Of a stretch of DNA of 64,000 nucleotides, positions 51,820-62,382 are shown one piece after another. The first letter of the stretch is position 1. Each line of letters opens with the position of its first letter. Origin of the DNA: an uncultured cyanobacterium (GTDB lineage Bacteria > Cyanobacteriota > Cyanobacteriia > Cyanobacteriales > CAWCAG01); NCBI GenBank assembly GCA_963793425.1, contig CAWCAG010000005.1, forward strand, positions 256,001-320,000. Direction: 5' to 3'. The notes below the pieces were generated by a model. That model made no database searches, was not told where the DNA came from, and worked only from the letters and a program-made list of their open reading frames with translations. Made by a program: the position numbers and the translations under genes.

Positions 51820-52333
51820 GTGATGATATTTCTTCGGCTCTAAATATCAATAATAGCTTAAAGCTGTATACTACAAAAATTGTAATTTGTCAAAAAAACT
51901 TTTAAAAACGTCTCAAAATTTGTGCATCCAAAACTTTGATTAGTTAGGATTTTGAAGGAAAACATCTGCTTTTACAACGATTTAACTAGCTTGTAGCGAT
52001 GCTGCTTTATTTTTAGACACAAGGGTAACAGTATGAATTTTTGAATTATAGCATCAAACAACGAATTTGCGTTATTTTTAGCGAAATTTAGGGCTTGACA
52101 TTTTTAAAGATGAAGTTGTGTAAATTCAGAATGTTTGATAACAAACTGATTCAAACTCAACTAGAACTTATACTATTAGGTTTTTCCCCGTTGCATTTTT
52201 ATTCCTTGACATGATATTATGTACATGGTGGAAAAGGTGCGTCCTTGAAATCAATTTTCCCAGGAATTTTTACTCTTCAATCGTTCCTAAGCTAAAAAAT
52301 CACAGTAACTTTCCTAAAAAAGCAAAAGCGAGA

Positions 52334-53458
52334 TCAATAAAGCTCGTACTTAAGCAAAGTGCAGGGCAGAGAACCGTTATTAACCGGAATACGTCGGGAA
52401 GCCTTCAAACCAATCTTTTTTCCCAACTCCTTACTACCCGTTAATACATAAGCTGTCCAACCTTTAAAACGCTGCTTAAAAACATCCCCCAGCAACTTGT
52501 ACAAAGCTTCTAACTCTTCCTCTTCCCCTACACGAATACCATAGGGAGGGTTGCAGAGAATAATTCCTTTCTCAGCCGGGGCAGTTAATTCGGCTAACTC
52601 CGTGACAGCAAACTCGATTTGTTCTTGCAGGTTACAATGTCTGGCATTACTACGGGCTTGCTCCAAAATTTCTGAATTGTGATCGCTGCCATAAATAGGG
52701 GCTGGGAGTTGGGGTAGAACAACATTTTCAGCTTCTGTTCTTAACTTCGACCATAAAGAGGCATCAAAATCTAACCAGCTTTGAAACCCAAACCTTTGAC
52801 GATGTAAACCCGGAGCAACATTGAGTCCTTTTAATGCAGCTTCTAAAGTTAGAGTTCCGGAACCACAAAGGGGATCTAAAAAAGGTAAGCTCGGTTCCCA
52901 CTCCGACATAATTAATAAAGCAGCAGCGAGAGTTTCTTTCAAGGGGGCTAAACCCATAGCAGAACGGTAGCCTCGACGATGCAAACTTTCTCCGGTACTA
53001 TCTAAACTTAAGATGCCTCGATTTTTATGGATATGAATGTTGAGTTGTAAATCCGGTGCGTTAAGTTCTACCGTAGAACGTTCTCCTGTTTCTTCCCTTT
53101 GTAAATCAACAATGGCATTTTTCACCTGAAGAGCAGTAAAGTGGCTGTGGTTAAGCTGGCGATTTTTCCCGGTACAAGCCACAGCTAGAGTATTATCAGG
53201 TTCAAGATAGTCTGACCAAGGAACTTTTTGTACCTCTTCATAAAGCATTTCTGCATCACGACAAGGAAACTCTCTAATGGGAACGAGAACACGAAAAATT
53301 GTTCTTGCCCAAAGATTAACTCGGTAAAGCAATGTGCGATCGCCACTAAAATGTACTCCGGTGAAGTCAGGACAAATGTCCTCAGCACCCAACTCTGCTA
53401 GCTCTTGAGCAGCAATTGATTCTAAACCGCGAGCAACTGTAGCGAAGTATTGTGTCAT
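52334..53458 (-). CDS. THUMP-domain class I SAM RNA methyltransferase (RlmL-like)
   Basis: FATVARGLE, SLHRRGYR, APLKETLAA, DPLCGSGT, NPPYG. Confidence 0.92.
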   Translation of the reverse strand: MTQYFATVARGLESIAAQELAELGAEDICPDFTGVHFSGDRTLLYRVNLWARTIFRVLVPIREFPCRDAEMLYEEVQKVPWSDYLEPDNTLAVACTGKNRQLNHSHFTALQVKNAIVDLQREETGERSTVELNAPDLQLNIHIHKNRGILSLDSTGESLHRRGYRSAMGLAPLKETLAAALLIMSEWEPSLPFLDPLCGSGTLTLEAALKGLNVAPGLHRQRFGFQSWLDFDASLWSKLRTEAENVVLPQLPAPIYGSDHNSEILEQARSNARHCNLQEQIEFAVTELAELTAPAEKGIILCNPPYGIRVGEEEELEALYKLLGDVFKQRFKGWTAYVLTGSKELGKKIGLKASRRIPVNNGSLPCTLLKYELY

Positions 53459-53528
53459 TGTTAAGGAAGAGAGTGGGGAGTAGGGAGCAAGTTAAGAGTA
53501 CAATCAGATGGCTTTACAATAGACTAGT

Positions 53529-54725
53529 TTGAGCAATTTTTTAAAGGCAATGGGCAAAACTCGACAATTACCAAAGAAATTTCTCCTTTTAGGCTCAGGG
53601 GAATTAGGCAAAGAATTTGTGATTGCTGCTCAGCGTTTAGGCAACTTTGTGATTGCCGTAGATAGTTACCCCAACGCACCGGCAATGCAGGTTGCTGATG
53701 GTTGGGAAGTGATTTCTATGCTGGATGGCAACGAGTTAGCCAGAATTGTTGCGAATCATCAACCGGATTTTATTGTCCCAGAAATTGAAGCCATTCGTAC
53801 AGAAAAATTACTGGAACTAGAACAACAAGGTTTCACGGTTATTCCCACTGCTGCAGCTACTAATTACACCATGAACCGCGATCGCATTCGTGAGTTGGCT
53901 AGTCAAGAGTTAGGGATTAGAACAGCAAACTATGGTTATGCAACTAGCTTAGAAGAGTTGCTAACTATTTGTGAAAAAACTGGCTTTCCTAATGTGATTA
54001 AACCTGTCATGTCCTCTTCAGGTAAAGGGCAATCAATCATTAACTCAGTCGATGAAGTAGAAACTGCTTGGAAAAATGCCTTAGAAGGAGCAAGAGGGGA
54101 AGGTAGGAAAGTTATTGTTGAAGAGTTTATTGATTTTGATGTTGAAATCACTTTATTAACCGTTAAGCAGTGGCAAAACCCAACAATTTTCTGTCCCCCT
54201 ATTGGTCATCGTCAAGAAAGAGGAGATTATCAAGAATCTTGGCAACCAGCAAACATTAAACCAGAAATACTAGCTCAAGCTCAGGCGATCGCCACTAAGG
54301 TAACAGATGCTTTAGGAGGTGCAGGAATCTTTGGTGTCGAGTTTTTTATCACTAAAGATGAAGCCATCTTTTCTGAACTTTCTCCTCGCCCTCACGATAC
54401 GGGTATGGTAACTTTAATCTCTCAAAATCTTAATGAATTTGAATTACATTTGCGTGCTATCTTGGGCTTGCCAATTCCTCAAATAAATTGTCTATCGAGT
54501 TCTGCTAGCGCTGTTGTTTTAGCGGAAAAGTATGGTGAGAAAATCAGTTTCCATGGAATAGCAGAAGCTTTGGCAGAAGCTGGTACAGATTTACGTTTAT
54601 TTGGCAAACCCCAATCGCGTCCTTTCCGCCGTTTAGGAGTTGCTTTAGCTAAAGGTAATAGCGTAAAAGAAGCAAGACAAAAAGCCAGAGCAGCAGCCAG
54701 TAAAATACAAATCAACTATCAATAA
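53529..54725 (+). CDS. purT: Formate-dependent phosphoribosylglycinamide formyltransferase
   Basis: LLGSGELGKE, KPVMSSSGKGQS, FSELSPRPHDTG. Confidence 0.96.
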   Translation: MSNFLKAMGKTRQLPKKFLLLGSGELGKEFVIAAQRLGNFVIAVDSYPNAPAMQVADGWEVISMLDGNELARIVANHQPDFIVPEIEAIRTEKLLELEQQGFTVIPTAAATNYTMNRDRIRELASQELGIRTANYGYATSLEELLTICEKTGFPNVIKPVMSSSGKGQSIINSVDEVETAWKNALEGARGEGRKVIVEEFIDFDVEITLLTVKQWQNPTIFCPPIGHRQERGDYQESWQPANIKPEILAQAQAIATKVTDALGGAGIFGVEFFITKDEAIFSELSPRPHDTGMVTLISQNLNEFELHLRAILGLPIPQINCLSSSASAVVLAEKYGEKISFHGIAEALAEAGTDLRLFGKPQSRPFRRLGVALAKGNSVKEARQKARAAASKIQINYQ

Positions 54726-54937
54726 ATAAGCTTTCCTTCCTTGAGTATTTATCATTGAACATCGTTAACAATTAGCAATGGCTCCTCATAGGCTTATATA
54801 GTATTTTGGTTCGGGATCACACCACAATTAACAATTAAAAATATTTGGTCATATTTCGTTAAATATTGCCAACAAAATCAGCAATAATCCTAAGATTAAG
54901 AAAGCGCTTCTAAAAATTAATTTGCTAAGAGCTTATC

Positions 54938-55789
54938 ATGATCAAGAAAATTTTATTTGCCTATTCTGGAACAGAAAATTCAGAACAGATGTTGAAATAC
55001 CTGCGAGAAATTCCTGCCATCAAGAATGCCTCTATTAATATTCTCCATGTTGTTCCTTCTCAAGTTACTACAGACACCATGGCAAAGAAATTAGAAGAGG
55101 GAGGAAAAATTCTTGCAGAAGTTATCCAATCCCTAGATATAGAACCCGATCGAGTTTCTAGTATGCTTCGTCAAGGAGAACCTAAAGATACCGTATGTAA
55201 AGTCGCTCAAGAAATTGATGCTGATTTAATTATTATGGGTTCGCGGGGTCTACAACGTTTAGAATCATTTCTAGAAAACTCTGTTAGTCAGTATGTATTT
55301 CAACTAACAGATCGTCCTATGCTTTTGGTTAAAGACGATATATATGTCAAAAAAATCAAGAATGTTATGGTAGCCTTAGATCGCTCTAAAGCATCCCAAT
55401 CTAGCTTAGATTTAGCTCTTTATTTGCTCAGAGATTATCCAGGAGCTAAACTACTTTTATTCCGGGTTAACCCCGATTTAAGCCCTAAATTGCTACCTCT
55501 TTCTCAAAGTGAGATGGAACAAAACCCGGTTGTAGCTGAGGCAATTACTAAAGTTAAGCGTATGGGAGTTAAATATAGCTGCCTGGTGACAGGAGGAAGA
55601 CCTAGTAAGGAAATTTGTCAAGCGATAGAAGACAATAATGTCGATTTATTAGTTATGGGTTCTCCAGAGCGCCGACCTTCTATTGCTAAAGCACTTCCGG
55701 ATCTAGATCGCTTATTAGGAACCTCTTTATCTGATTACGTTAGGGTCAACGCGACTTGCCCTGTGCTTTTAACCAGGACAACAACATAG
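54938..55789 (+). CDS. Tandem-domain universal stress protein
   Basis: KKILFA, DLIIMGSRG...SVS, second USP domain ending CPVLL. Confidence 0.9.
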   Translation: MIKKILFAYSGTENSEQMLKYLREIPAIKNASINILHVVPSQVTTDTMAKKLEEGGKILAEVIQSLDIEPDRVSSMLRQGEPKDTVCKVAQEIDADLIIMGSRGLQRLESFLENSVSQYVFQLTDRPMLLVKDDIYVKKIKNVMVALDRSKASQSSLDLALYLLRDYPGAKLLLFRVNPDLSPKLLPLSQSEMEQNPVVAEAITKVKRMGVKYSCLVTGGRPSKEICQAIEDNNVDLLVMGSPERRPSIAKALPDLDRLLGTSLSDYVRVNATCPVLLTRTTT

Positions 55790-55808
55790 TAAGAATCTCG
55801 ACAATAAG

Positions 55809-55834
55809 AAGAGACGTTGATATCAACGTCTCTT
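55809..55834. terminator. Perfect hairpin after the USP gene
   Basis: AAGAGACGTTGATATCAACGTCTCTT. Confidence 0.6.
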
Positions 55835-56042
55835 TAAAAAAATCCTAATCTTCTTAGCCTTCGCCACGACTTGCTGTTTGAATGTACAGAATTAGTAAAA
55901 AAACTGTAGGAACTAGCACAAATAGGATCGTTGCAACAAATCCCAGATCGTTTACTTGCATATAATTAGCGCCTCTAAAAATTATTTAAACCAACTACCC
56001 TTAGAATATCATCGACTTGAAGTAGAAGGAATAAGCAAAATT

Positions 56043-56339
56043 TTAGGGCTTGGTTTTGACACTCACTGGGCCATTAACCAAAGTTTGGCAAGCTAAACGG
56101 TAGTTATCAGGTCTTTTGTGAAGCTTACGTTTTTCAAAATCTGTCTTTTCAGAAAGATTTTCTATTCCCTCAACCACTTCAACCAAACAAGTGCCGCACT
56201 GTCCATATCCCCCGCAGTTGATTAACTTTCCCTTTAAGGTATAAAGATCAATATCATTTTGTAAAGCTTTTTCTCTTAGGTTAGCCCCATCAGCAGCTAT
56301 TATTTCCTTATCTTCTTTAACAAATGTGATATTAGCCAT
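56043..56339 (-). CDS. 2Fe-2S ferredoxin
   Basis: [10 protein letters not shown] ... RLACQ. Confidence 0.92.
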   Translation of the reverse strand: MANITFVKEDKEIIAADGANLREKALQNDIDLYTLKGKLINCGGYGQCGTCLVEVVEGIENLSEKTDFEKRKLHKRPDNYRLACQTLVNGPVSVKTKP

Positions 56340-56430
56340 CAGCCCTCTTTTTCTTTTAACGATATTCTTATTCTATAAAATGTTAAGAAAATATAAGAGC
56401 AAGAATTTCCCAGTCTCCCAGTCCTCACCC

Positions 56431-58080
56431 CTATGGCAAGTCAAACAACTTACCATCAGGCAAATTAGTCACCGCTCTTTGCAGAGAAGATAGCGCTCTG
56501 TTGTAATCAATAAAAGCCCTCAGCAAATTATTTCTCGCACGGGTCAATTCACTTTGAGCAGAGATTTCATCACTTTTAATACCTACACCTTCTTGTAAAC
56601 GTAAACGGGCTAACCTCAATCTTTCCTCGGCGGCTCTGACAGCGACTCCAGCCGTAGAAATATTGTTTTTGTTTGCTAAAAGATTGTAATAGCCTCGTTC
56701 CACTTCCAAACGAATTTGGTTACGTTGGTTGTCGAAGCGATTTTCTGAAATCTCAATATTCTTTTGCTCTTGTTCTGCCCTCGCATTAGCTGCCCCACCA
56801 TCAAAAAGAGTCCATCTTAACCTAGCCCCAATGGTTAAACCGTCTGCTGGCCCCAAGTTATCATCCAAAACCCCCAAAATATTGTAATTAGCAAACAAAC
56901 TAGCTTGGGGACGAATACCAGACAAAGCAATACGTCTTTGTTGGTCGCTAATATTCCTTCTAATTAATTCTTGCTCTAATTCAGCCCGATTTTTCAAGGC
57001 GAGGACAATACTATCTTCTAAGGATAAATCCCACTCTCCCGCAGTTGTGATCGGATCACCAGCACTGACACCGACTTTCTGCCCCAAGCCCAAAACCAGG
57101 GAGATCGATCTTTGAGCAATATTTTGTTGTGATCTTGCCAAGGTAAGATTTTGTTTTGCCTCTGCTAGTTGAGTTTCGTCTTGCAAAACTTCAAACCTTG
57201 TCCCTAAACCAAATCTTTCCCGCAGTGCAGTATTTCTCAAACTAGCTTGAGCTTGCTCAACCGCAGCTACGGCAATGGTGACTTGAGCATCTGCTTCTTG
57301 CAAATCATAATAAGCTTCTGTCGCCTCAAAGCGGATCTGTTCTGCGGTACGTTCTAAATCCAGTTGGTTGAGACGCAACTGTTCTTCTGCGGCTTTAATT
57401 TGGGCCGATCTTCTTCCGGAGGTGAAAAGGTCGTAGTTAACTTCCAGGCGACCATCAAAAACAGTACTTACGGTATCATCATCTCCAGTAAACATACCGA
57501 ACAAAGGCGATCGCCGCAAAGACAATTCGCTATTAGCAGAGTCAGAACGAGTAAAATCTAATTGAGTACTAATGGTGGGGTACTCTGAAGCTAGAGTCTC
57601 TCGCACTCCCTCACGGGAACTTTCTACCCTTAATATTGCTTCTTCTAAATCTCGATTATTGTCCCTAGCTAGTTCAATAGCCTGCTCTAGAGAAATAGGC
57701 TGAATATTTTCTACCCTAACCTCATCAGCTTCAGTAGGAAACAACAGAGGATTAGCGCTGGGGTTAAGGAGTTCAAGAAAATCAAGTGTAGGAAGTTCAC
57801 TAGAAGCCGAAGAGTTAACTGGAATTTGCAAGAAAGGATTGATATAATCATCCTTGCCTTGTAAAGACTCCTGAAAAGGAGCCATAGGAAGCTCCGGTTT
57901 GCTCATGGAGAAATTACTATCTGGGGGGATAATTTCTTCTGGTTGAGGAAGGGTAGGAACATTCCGGACGGTTTGCTGACCTTCAGAAGAAAGAGATTCT
58001 TGAGAGGTTGCTTCAAGAGAACCGCCTAGAGTGATAATTGCTCCTATACTGACCGCGATAAGATGACGATAAACTAACAT
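56431..58080 (-). CDS. TolC family outer-membrane efflux protein
   Basis: Signal peptide, ISLEQAIELA, two OEP repeats (EAYYDL, LFDGG, GYYNL). Confidence 0.9.
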   Translation of the reverse strand: MLVYRHLIAVSIGAIITLGGSLEATSQESLSSEGQQTVRNVPTLPQPEEIIPPDSNFSMSKPELPMAPFQESLQGKDDYINPFLQIPVNSSASSELPTLDFLELLNPSANPLLFPTEADEVRVENIQPISLEQAIELARDNNRDLEEAILRVESSREGVRETLASEYPTISTQLDFTRSDSANSELSLRRSPLFGMFTGDDDTVSTVFDGRLEVNYDLFTSGRRSAQIKAAEEQLRLNQLDLERTAEQIRFEATEAYYDLQEADAQVTIAVAAVEQAQASLRNTALRERFGLGTRFEVLQDETQLAEAKQNLTLARSQQNIAQRSISLVLGLGQKVGVSAGDPITTAGEWDLSLEDSIVLALKNRAELEQELIRRNISDQQRRIALSGIRPQASLFANYNILGVLDDNLGPADGLTIGARLRWTLFDGGAANARAEQEQKNIEISENRFDNQRNQIRLEVERGYYNLLANKNNISTAGVAVRAAEERLRLARLRLQEGVGIKSDEISAQSELTRARNNLLRAFIDYNRALSSLQRAVTNLPDGKLFDLP

Positions 58081-58280
58081 CGAGATTATTAATTTTTAGT
58101 TCTGAAGTTTATGGTCTAGGGATGTTTGAAACCGGAGATATTAACCTGTCCGACAGCATCGACTCTTTAGAGCGACACAATTACCAAAGTAACTCATAGA
58201 AGCTAAATTGAGGGAAGAGATTTTTCTGAACTAGGAAAGCCAGGAAAAAAGTTCTATGTCCACAACAAAAACAAATTAAT

Positions 58281-58730
58281 ATGGTACTACCATCGGGGTA
58301 CGTGCTGCGCCGAGCGACAGAACGAGATATTTGGTCAATTAGAAAGTTGGTTTTTGGAGCTAAACTTGACCCGACTCAGCTAAAGTGGCAACAATTTTGG
58401 GTTATTGCCTCTCCCCAAGAGATTATAGCTTGTGGACAGTTACGCAGTTTCACAGGGGCGCAAGAATTAGGTAGTTTGGTTGTGAAACCAAAGTGGCGCG
58501 ATCGCGGTTTAGGAAGTTATTTAGCTCAACATTTGGTGAAACAAGCAACCCAGCCTCTTTACATCGAGTGTTTGGGTAAAAAACTGCCTCAATTCTATGC
58601 TCCTTTGGGTTTTATACCTGTTTCTTGGCAAGATTTACCTAAATCACTAAAAATTAAGTTTGCTTTGCCTATGTTAGCCAAAAACATCTTCTCTTTACCT
58701 GTAGAAATTATGCGCTATGAAGGTGTTTAA
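58281..58730 (+). CDS. GNAT family N-acetyltransferase
   Basis: LVVKPKWRDRGLGS, FYAPLGF. Confidence 0.88.
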   Translation: MVLPSGYVLRRATERDIWSIRKLVFGAKLDPTQLKWQQFWVIASPQEIIACGQLRSFTGAQELGSLVVKPKWRDRGLGSYLAQHLVKQATQPLYIECLGKKLPQFYAPLGFIPVSWQDLPKSLKIKFALPMLAKNIFSLPVEIMRYEGV

Positions 58731-58791
58731 ACTTTTTGTGGTTAAAATGCTTCCAGTTGTGATTTTAAAGGCTATCTAACACTAAAAAAAT

Positions 58792-59112
58792 ATGGATCTG
58801 CGCTTATTTCGCAAACTACACAGCAAAATGGCTCCCATTGTACTAATTCCGTTCTTCGTCACCGCAGCCACAGGAGTAACTTACCGTATTGGTAAAAGTT
58901 GGTTTGGTTGGTCAAGGGATCAAGCCCATATTTTTATGGTGATTCATGAAGGAGAGTATTTGGGCAAGTTTCTAGAGCCAATTTATGTACTGGTTAATGG
59001 CTTAGCTTTGCTATGGATGCTAATTACAGGTTCAGCAATGCTATACCAAAGTATCAGTAAAAGTCCTTGTTTCAAAAGGCTTGCTAAGCAAGATTCAGCA
59101 GAAGATAACTGA
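58792..59112 (+). CDS. PepSY-associated TM helix protein
   Basis: FRKLH, ATGV, IHEGEYLG, MLITG; two TM segments. Confidence 0.75.
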   Translation: MDLRLFRKLHSKMAPIVLIPFFVTAATGVTYRIGKSWFGWSRDQAHIFMVIHEGEYLGKFLEPIYVLVNGLALLWMLITGSAMLYQSISKSPCFKRLAKQDSAEDN

Positions 59113-59147
59113 TGCTGTTAGGCATCATTGAAAAGAGGGTAATTGCG

Positions 59148-60059
59148 ATGAAAAATAAAGTGAAAATTGCTGTAGTCGGAGACGTACATGACCTCTGGGA
59201 AGATGAAGATGAAATTACCCTGCACCACTTAGGAGTAGATTTAGTACTATTTGTGGGGGATTTTGGCAATGAATCTGTAGATGTAGTAGCAAAAGTTGCC
59301 TCAGTCAAAATCCCCAAAGCAGTGGTATTAGGCAATCATGATGTCTGGTACATGGCTAATCCTTGGCGAAGAACACCTCCTTATGATCTGCAAAAAGAGG
59401 ATCGTCTTCAACAACAACTAGATTTGTTAGGAGAAAGTCATGTTGGTTATGGCAAGTTGGATTTTCCTCAATTTAACCTCTCAGTAGTTGGAGGTCGTCC
59501 TTTTAGTTGGGGAGGATCTCAGTTAAGGATAGATAAAATTTATCGCGATCGCTGGGGAATCAATAACTTAGAAGAATCAACTACTTCAATAGTTGCTGCT
59601 GCGAAAGAAACAGCTTACGAAACAATCATTTTTCTTAGTCATTCAGGACCAGCAGGCTTAGGAGATAAACCAGAAGATATTTGTGGCCGAGATTGGCAAA
59701 GAGAAGGGGGAGACTTTGGTGATCCTGATTTAACCTCAGCCATTGAACAAATGCGAACTTTAGGAAAAACTATTCCTCTAGTAACTTTTGGCCATATGCA
59801 CCATAATCTACGCCATACTAAAAAAAGATTGCGTACCATAATTAAAACTTCTCCCCAAGGAACAGTTTATTTTAATGCTGCTAGGGTTCCTCGTATCAAA
59901 GAGGTGAAAGGAAAACGGTTACGGAATTTTTCTTTAGTTTCTCTCCATAGTGGAGTTGTAGAGGAAATATCCCTTGTTTGGCTAGGAGCTGAATTTGAAG
60001 TTGCCTCCCAAGAGACTTTTTATAATTCCTCAGACCCTGCGGTAAAGTCCTTACCTTGA
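59148..60059 (+). CDS. Metallophosphoesterase (TIGR04168-like)
   Basis: GDVH, GDFGNE, LGNHD, GHMH. Confidence 0.88.
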   Translation: MKNKVKIAVVGDVHDLWEDEDEITLHHLGVDLVLFVGDFGNESVDVVAKVASVKIPKAVVLGNHDVWYMANPWRRTPPYDLQKEDRLQQQLDLLGESHVGYGKLDFPQFNLSVVGGRPFSWGGSQLRIDKIYRDRWGINNLEESTTSIVAAAKETAYETIIFLSHSGPAGLGDKPEDICGRDWQREGGDFGDPDLTSAIEQMRTLGKTIPLVTFGHMHHNLRHTKKRLRTIIKTSPQGTVYFNAARVPRIKEVKGKRLRNFSLVSLHSGVVEEISLVWLGAEFEVASQETFYNSSDPAVKSLP

Positions 60060-60080
60060 TACAATAAAAAAAGCTTGTCT

Positions 60081-60165
60081 GGAGAGGTGGCAGAGTGGTC
60101 GATCGCGTCCGACTTGAAATCGGATGAGCCGAAAGGCTCCGGGAGTTCGAATCTCCCCCTCTCCG
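60081..60165 (+). tRNA. tRNA-Ser (anticodon TGA)
   Basis: GGAGAGG/CCTCTCC acceptor stem, CTTGAAA anticodon loop, long variable arm GAGCCGAAAGGCTC, GTTCGAATC; no encoded CCA. Confidence 0.97.
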
Positions 60166-60171
60166 TATTGT

Positions 60172-60203
60172 TAAGTAATAAGTAATAAGTAATAAGTAAT
60201 AAG
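60172..60203. repeat. (TAAGTAA)x4+ heptamer tandem repeat
   Basis: Directly visible after the tRNA. Confidence 0.85.
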
Positions 60204-60222
60204 TGGATTAGACACAAATTAT

Positions 60223-60951
60223 ATGCCCTGGCAACGTCCCGATAATCGTCAACCAGATCAGTTACGTCCCCATAGTTTTGAATTAGACTATACTCGCTTT
60301 GCTACTGCTTCTGTCCTTGCTTGTTGCGGTGATACGAAGGTGCTTTGTACAGCTAGCGTCTCTCCTGGTGTCCCCAGATTCCTTAAGAATACGGGAACTG
60401 GCTGGCTAACAGCGGAATATCGGATGTTACCGGGGGCAACTCCACAACGCCATTCTAGAGAATTACTCAAACTGTCTGGACGTACCCAAGAAATTCAACG
60501 CCTAATTGGGCGTAGCTTACGGGCTTGTTTAGATTTAAAAGCTTTAGGGGAATATACAATCACCGTTGATACAGATGTGCTTCAAGCTGATGCTGGTACA
60601 AGAACAACTTCCATTACCGGAGGATATGTTGCAGTAGCTGATTCTATTAACAAGTTGCTAAAAAAAGGAGATTTAGAAAAGTCCCCTCTACGTCATCCGG
60701 TAGCAGCAATTTCTGTGGGCATTATTGAAGGGGAAGCTTTTTTAGATTTAAACTACCCAGAAGATGTAGCCGCAGAAGTTGATTTTAATGTGGTGATGAA
60801 TGGCGCAATGGGTATTATTGAAGTACAAGGAACCGCAGAGGAAAAAAGTTACAGCCGCACTCAACTTAACCAAATTATGGATTTGGCAGAGAAAGGTATC
60901 AAGGAATTATTAGAAGCACAACAGAAAGTCTTGAAAATTACTCCTCCTTAA
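60223..60951 (+). CDS. rph: Ribonuclease PH
   Basis: [44 protein letters not shown]. Confidence 0.97.
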   Translation: MPWQRPDNRQPDQLRPHSFELDYTRFATASVLACCGDTKVLCTASVSPGVPRFLKNTGTGWLTAEYRMLPGATPQRHSRELLKLSGRTQEIQRLIGRSLRACLDLKALGEYTITVDTDVLQADAGTRTTSITGGYVAVADSINKLLKKGDLEKSPLRHPVAAISVGIIEGEAFLDLNYPEDVAAEVDFNVVMNGAMGIIEVQGTAEEKSYSRTQLNQIMDLAEKGIKELLEAQQKVLKITPP

Positions 60952-62152
60952 TTGCTTTAGCAATCGCATTTAACTGTAATCCTTGAGGATAAGTTCCTTC
61001 GGTTTTAATTCGTTTGATTTCTTCTTCAGGAATAAGTAAATTTTGCTTTTTCCCTAAAGCACGAACTACATCAGCACGATCAATAATTCCTGCTACAGCC
61101 CCAGCAGGAGAAAGTACAGTGATACTGCTTAGTTGCTGTTCTTCGAGTTTATTAATTACTTCTACTAAAGAACTTTTCTCTTCTACTGACGGTATTTCTG
61201 TTAGGGGCTGGGCAATATCCAATAAAGTTAAGTAATCCCATTGGCTACGCTCTTTAGCTTGTAAATCAATTAAATCAATTAAACCTCGATAACGTCCATC
61301 AGAAGAAGCGTAATAGGGTTTGGGAGTTTGGCTGTTAGCGAGAACAAATTCTTCTGCAAAATCCCGGAGAGTTAATTTAGCATCAATTACCCGGAAATCG
61401 CGAGTCATCGCATCAGCCGCCACAATTTCTAGTAAAGCTTTTTGGAGGGCGCTCGCCTGATCATAAGCAGCAGCATTACGCAGGATGAACCAACCGATTA
61501 AAGTTAGCCAAATAGCCCCAACTTCTGCTGTTACCAGAACTAAAAATAGTCCCAAGATAATTCCAAACCAACCAAGTATCTTGCCCGTTGCAGCCGCCCA
61601 GCGTACTCCTTTGCTACGACTGCCTGTAACTTGCCAAACTGCTGCTTTAAGGACTTGCCCTCCATCTAAAGGTAAGCCAGGAATAAGGTTAAACAAAGCT
61701 AAAACTAGATTAATTCTACCTAAATCTGAGGTGATGAATTGAGGCAGACTATCTTCTGCGGCTACTTGACTTAAGCCTAAGAAAAGGGCAAATAAAAGAA
61801 TGCTAACGACTGGCCCTGCGATCGCAACTTGAAAGGCTTCACGGGGATTTTTTGATTCTTTGGCAATGGAAGCTACACCCCCAAAAAGAAATAGAGTGAT
61901 GGAGTTGACCTCAATTCCTTGGTTTTTAGCTACTAAACTATGACCTAACTCGTGTAATAAAACAGAAACAAACAACAACAAAGCCATGACAAAACCAGCA
62001 ACCCAGCCTAAAACTGGTTGCCCTTCCACGACATTGCTAGCATTTATATCACTAGCATTAATCACAGTAAGGAAAACTAAAATTAGTAACCAAGAAGAAT
62101 CAATATAAAAAGGGATGCCAAATAGTGAACCAATACGCCAGTTTGATTGCAT
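60938..62152 (-). CDS. Site-2 protease (M50) with CBS domains
   Basis: [23 protein letters not shown]; likely start MQSNWRIG. Confidence 0.92.
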   Translation of the reverse strand: MQSNWRIGSLFGIPFYIDSSWLLILVFLTVINASDINASNVVEGQPVLGWVAGFVMALLLFVSVLLHELGHSLVAKNQGIEVNSITLFLFGGVASIAKESKNPREAFQVAIAGPVVSILLFALFLGLSQVAAEDSLPQFITSDLGRINLVLALFNLIPGLPLDGGQVLKAAVWQVTGSRSKGVRWAAATGKILGWFGIILGLFLVLVTAEVGAIWLTLIGWFILRNAAAYDQASALQKALLEIVAADAMTRDFRVIDAKLTLRDFAEEFVLANSQTPKPYYASSDGRYRGLIDLIDLQAKERSQWDYLTLLDIAQPLTEIPSVEEKSSLVEVINKLEEQQLSSITVLSPAGAVAGIIDRADVVRALGKKQNLLIPEEEIKRIKTEGTYPQGLQLNAIAKAIKEE

Positions 62153-62197
62153 AAAATTATCCCCATAAGATGAAATTAGATAAATGCTTTCTTTCCT

Positions 62198-62329
62198 AGA
62201 TAAAGGCATTTCAGCACTTCGATTCAGTCCTGCTGACTCCGCCTCTAATCCCTCGTATTCTGAGAAGATTGCTTCGGCTATGGGGCTTCGCAATCGATTG
62301 TGGCTACAAATAAATAAAAGTTTTTTCAC
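62198..62329 (-). pseudogene. 5' fragment of a low-molecular-weight protein-tyrosine-phosphatase/ArsC-like gene
   Basis: KKLLFICSHNRLRSPIAE...ESAG (CX5R motif); similarity ends after ~44 codons. Confidence 0.7.
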
Positions 62330-62382
62330 AATTTAAAAATTCATACCAACGCTAACTGCTGTAGTTAGCGTTGGCACTACTA

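Noticed and set aside
60081..60222. tRNA-Ser as an integration site for an island
   Set aside because: No integrase and no duplicated tRNA 3' end seen; rph follows directly.
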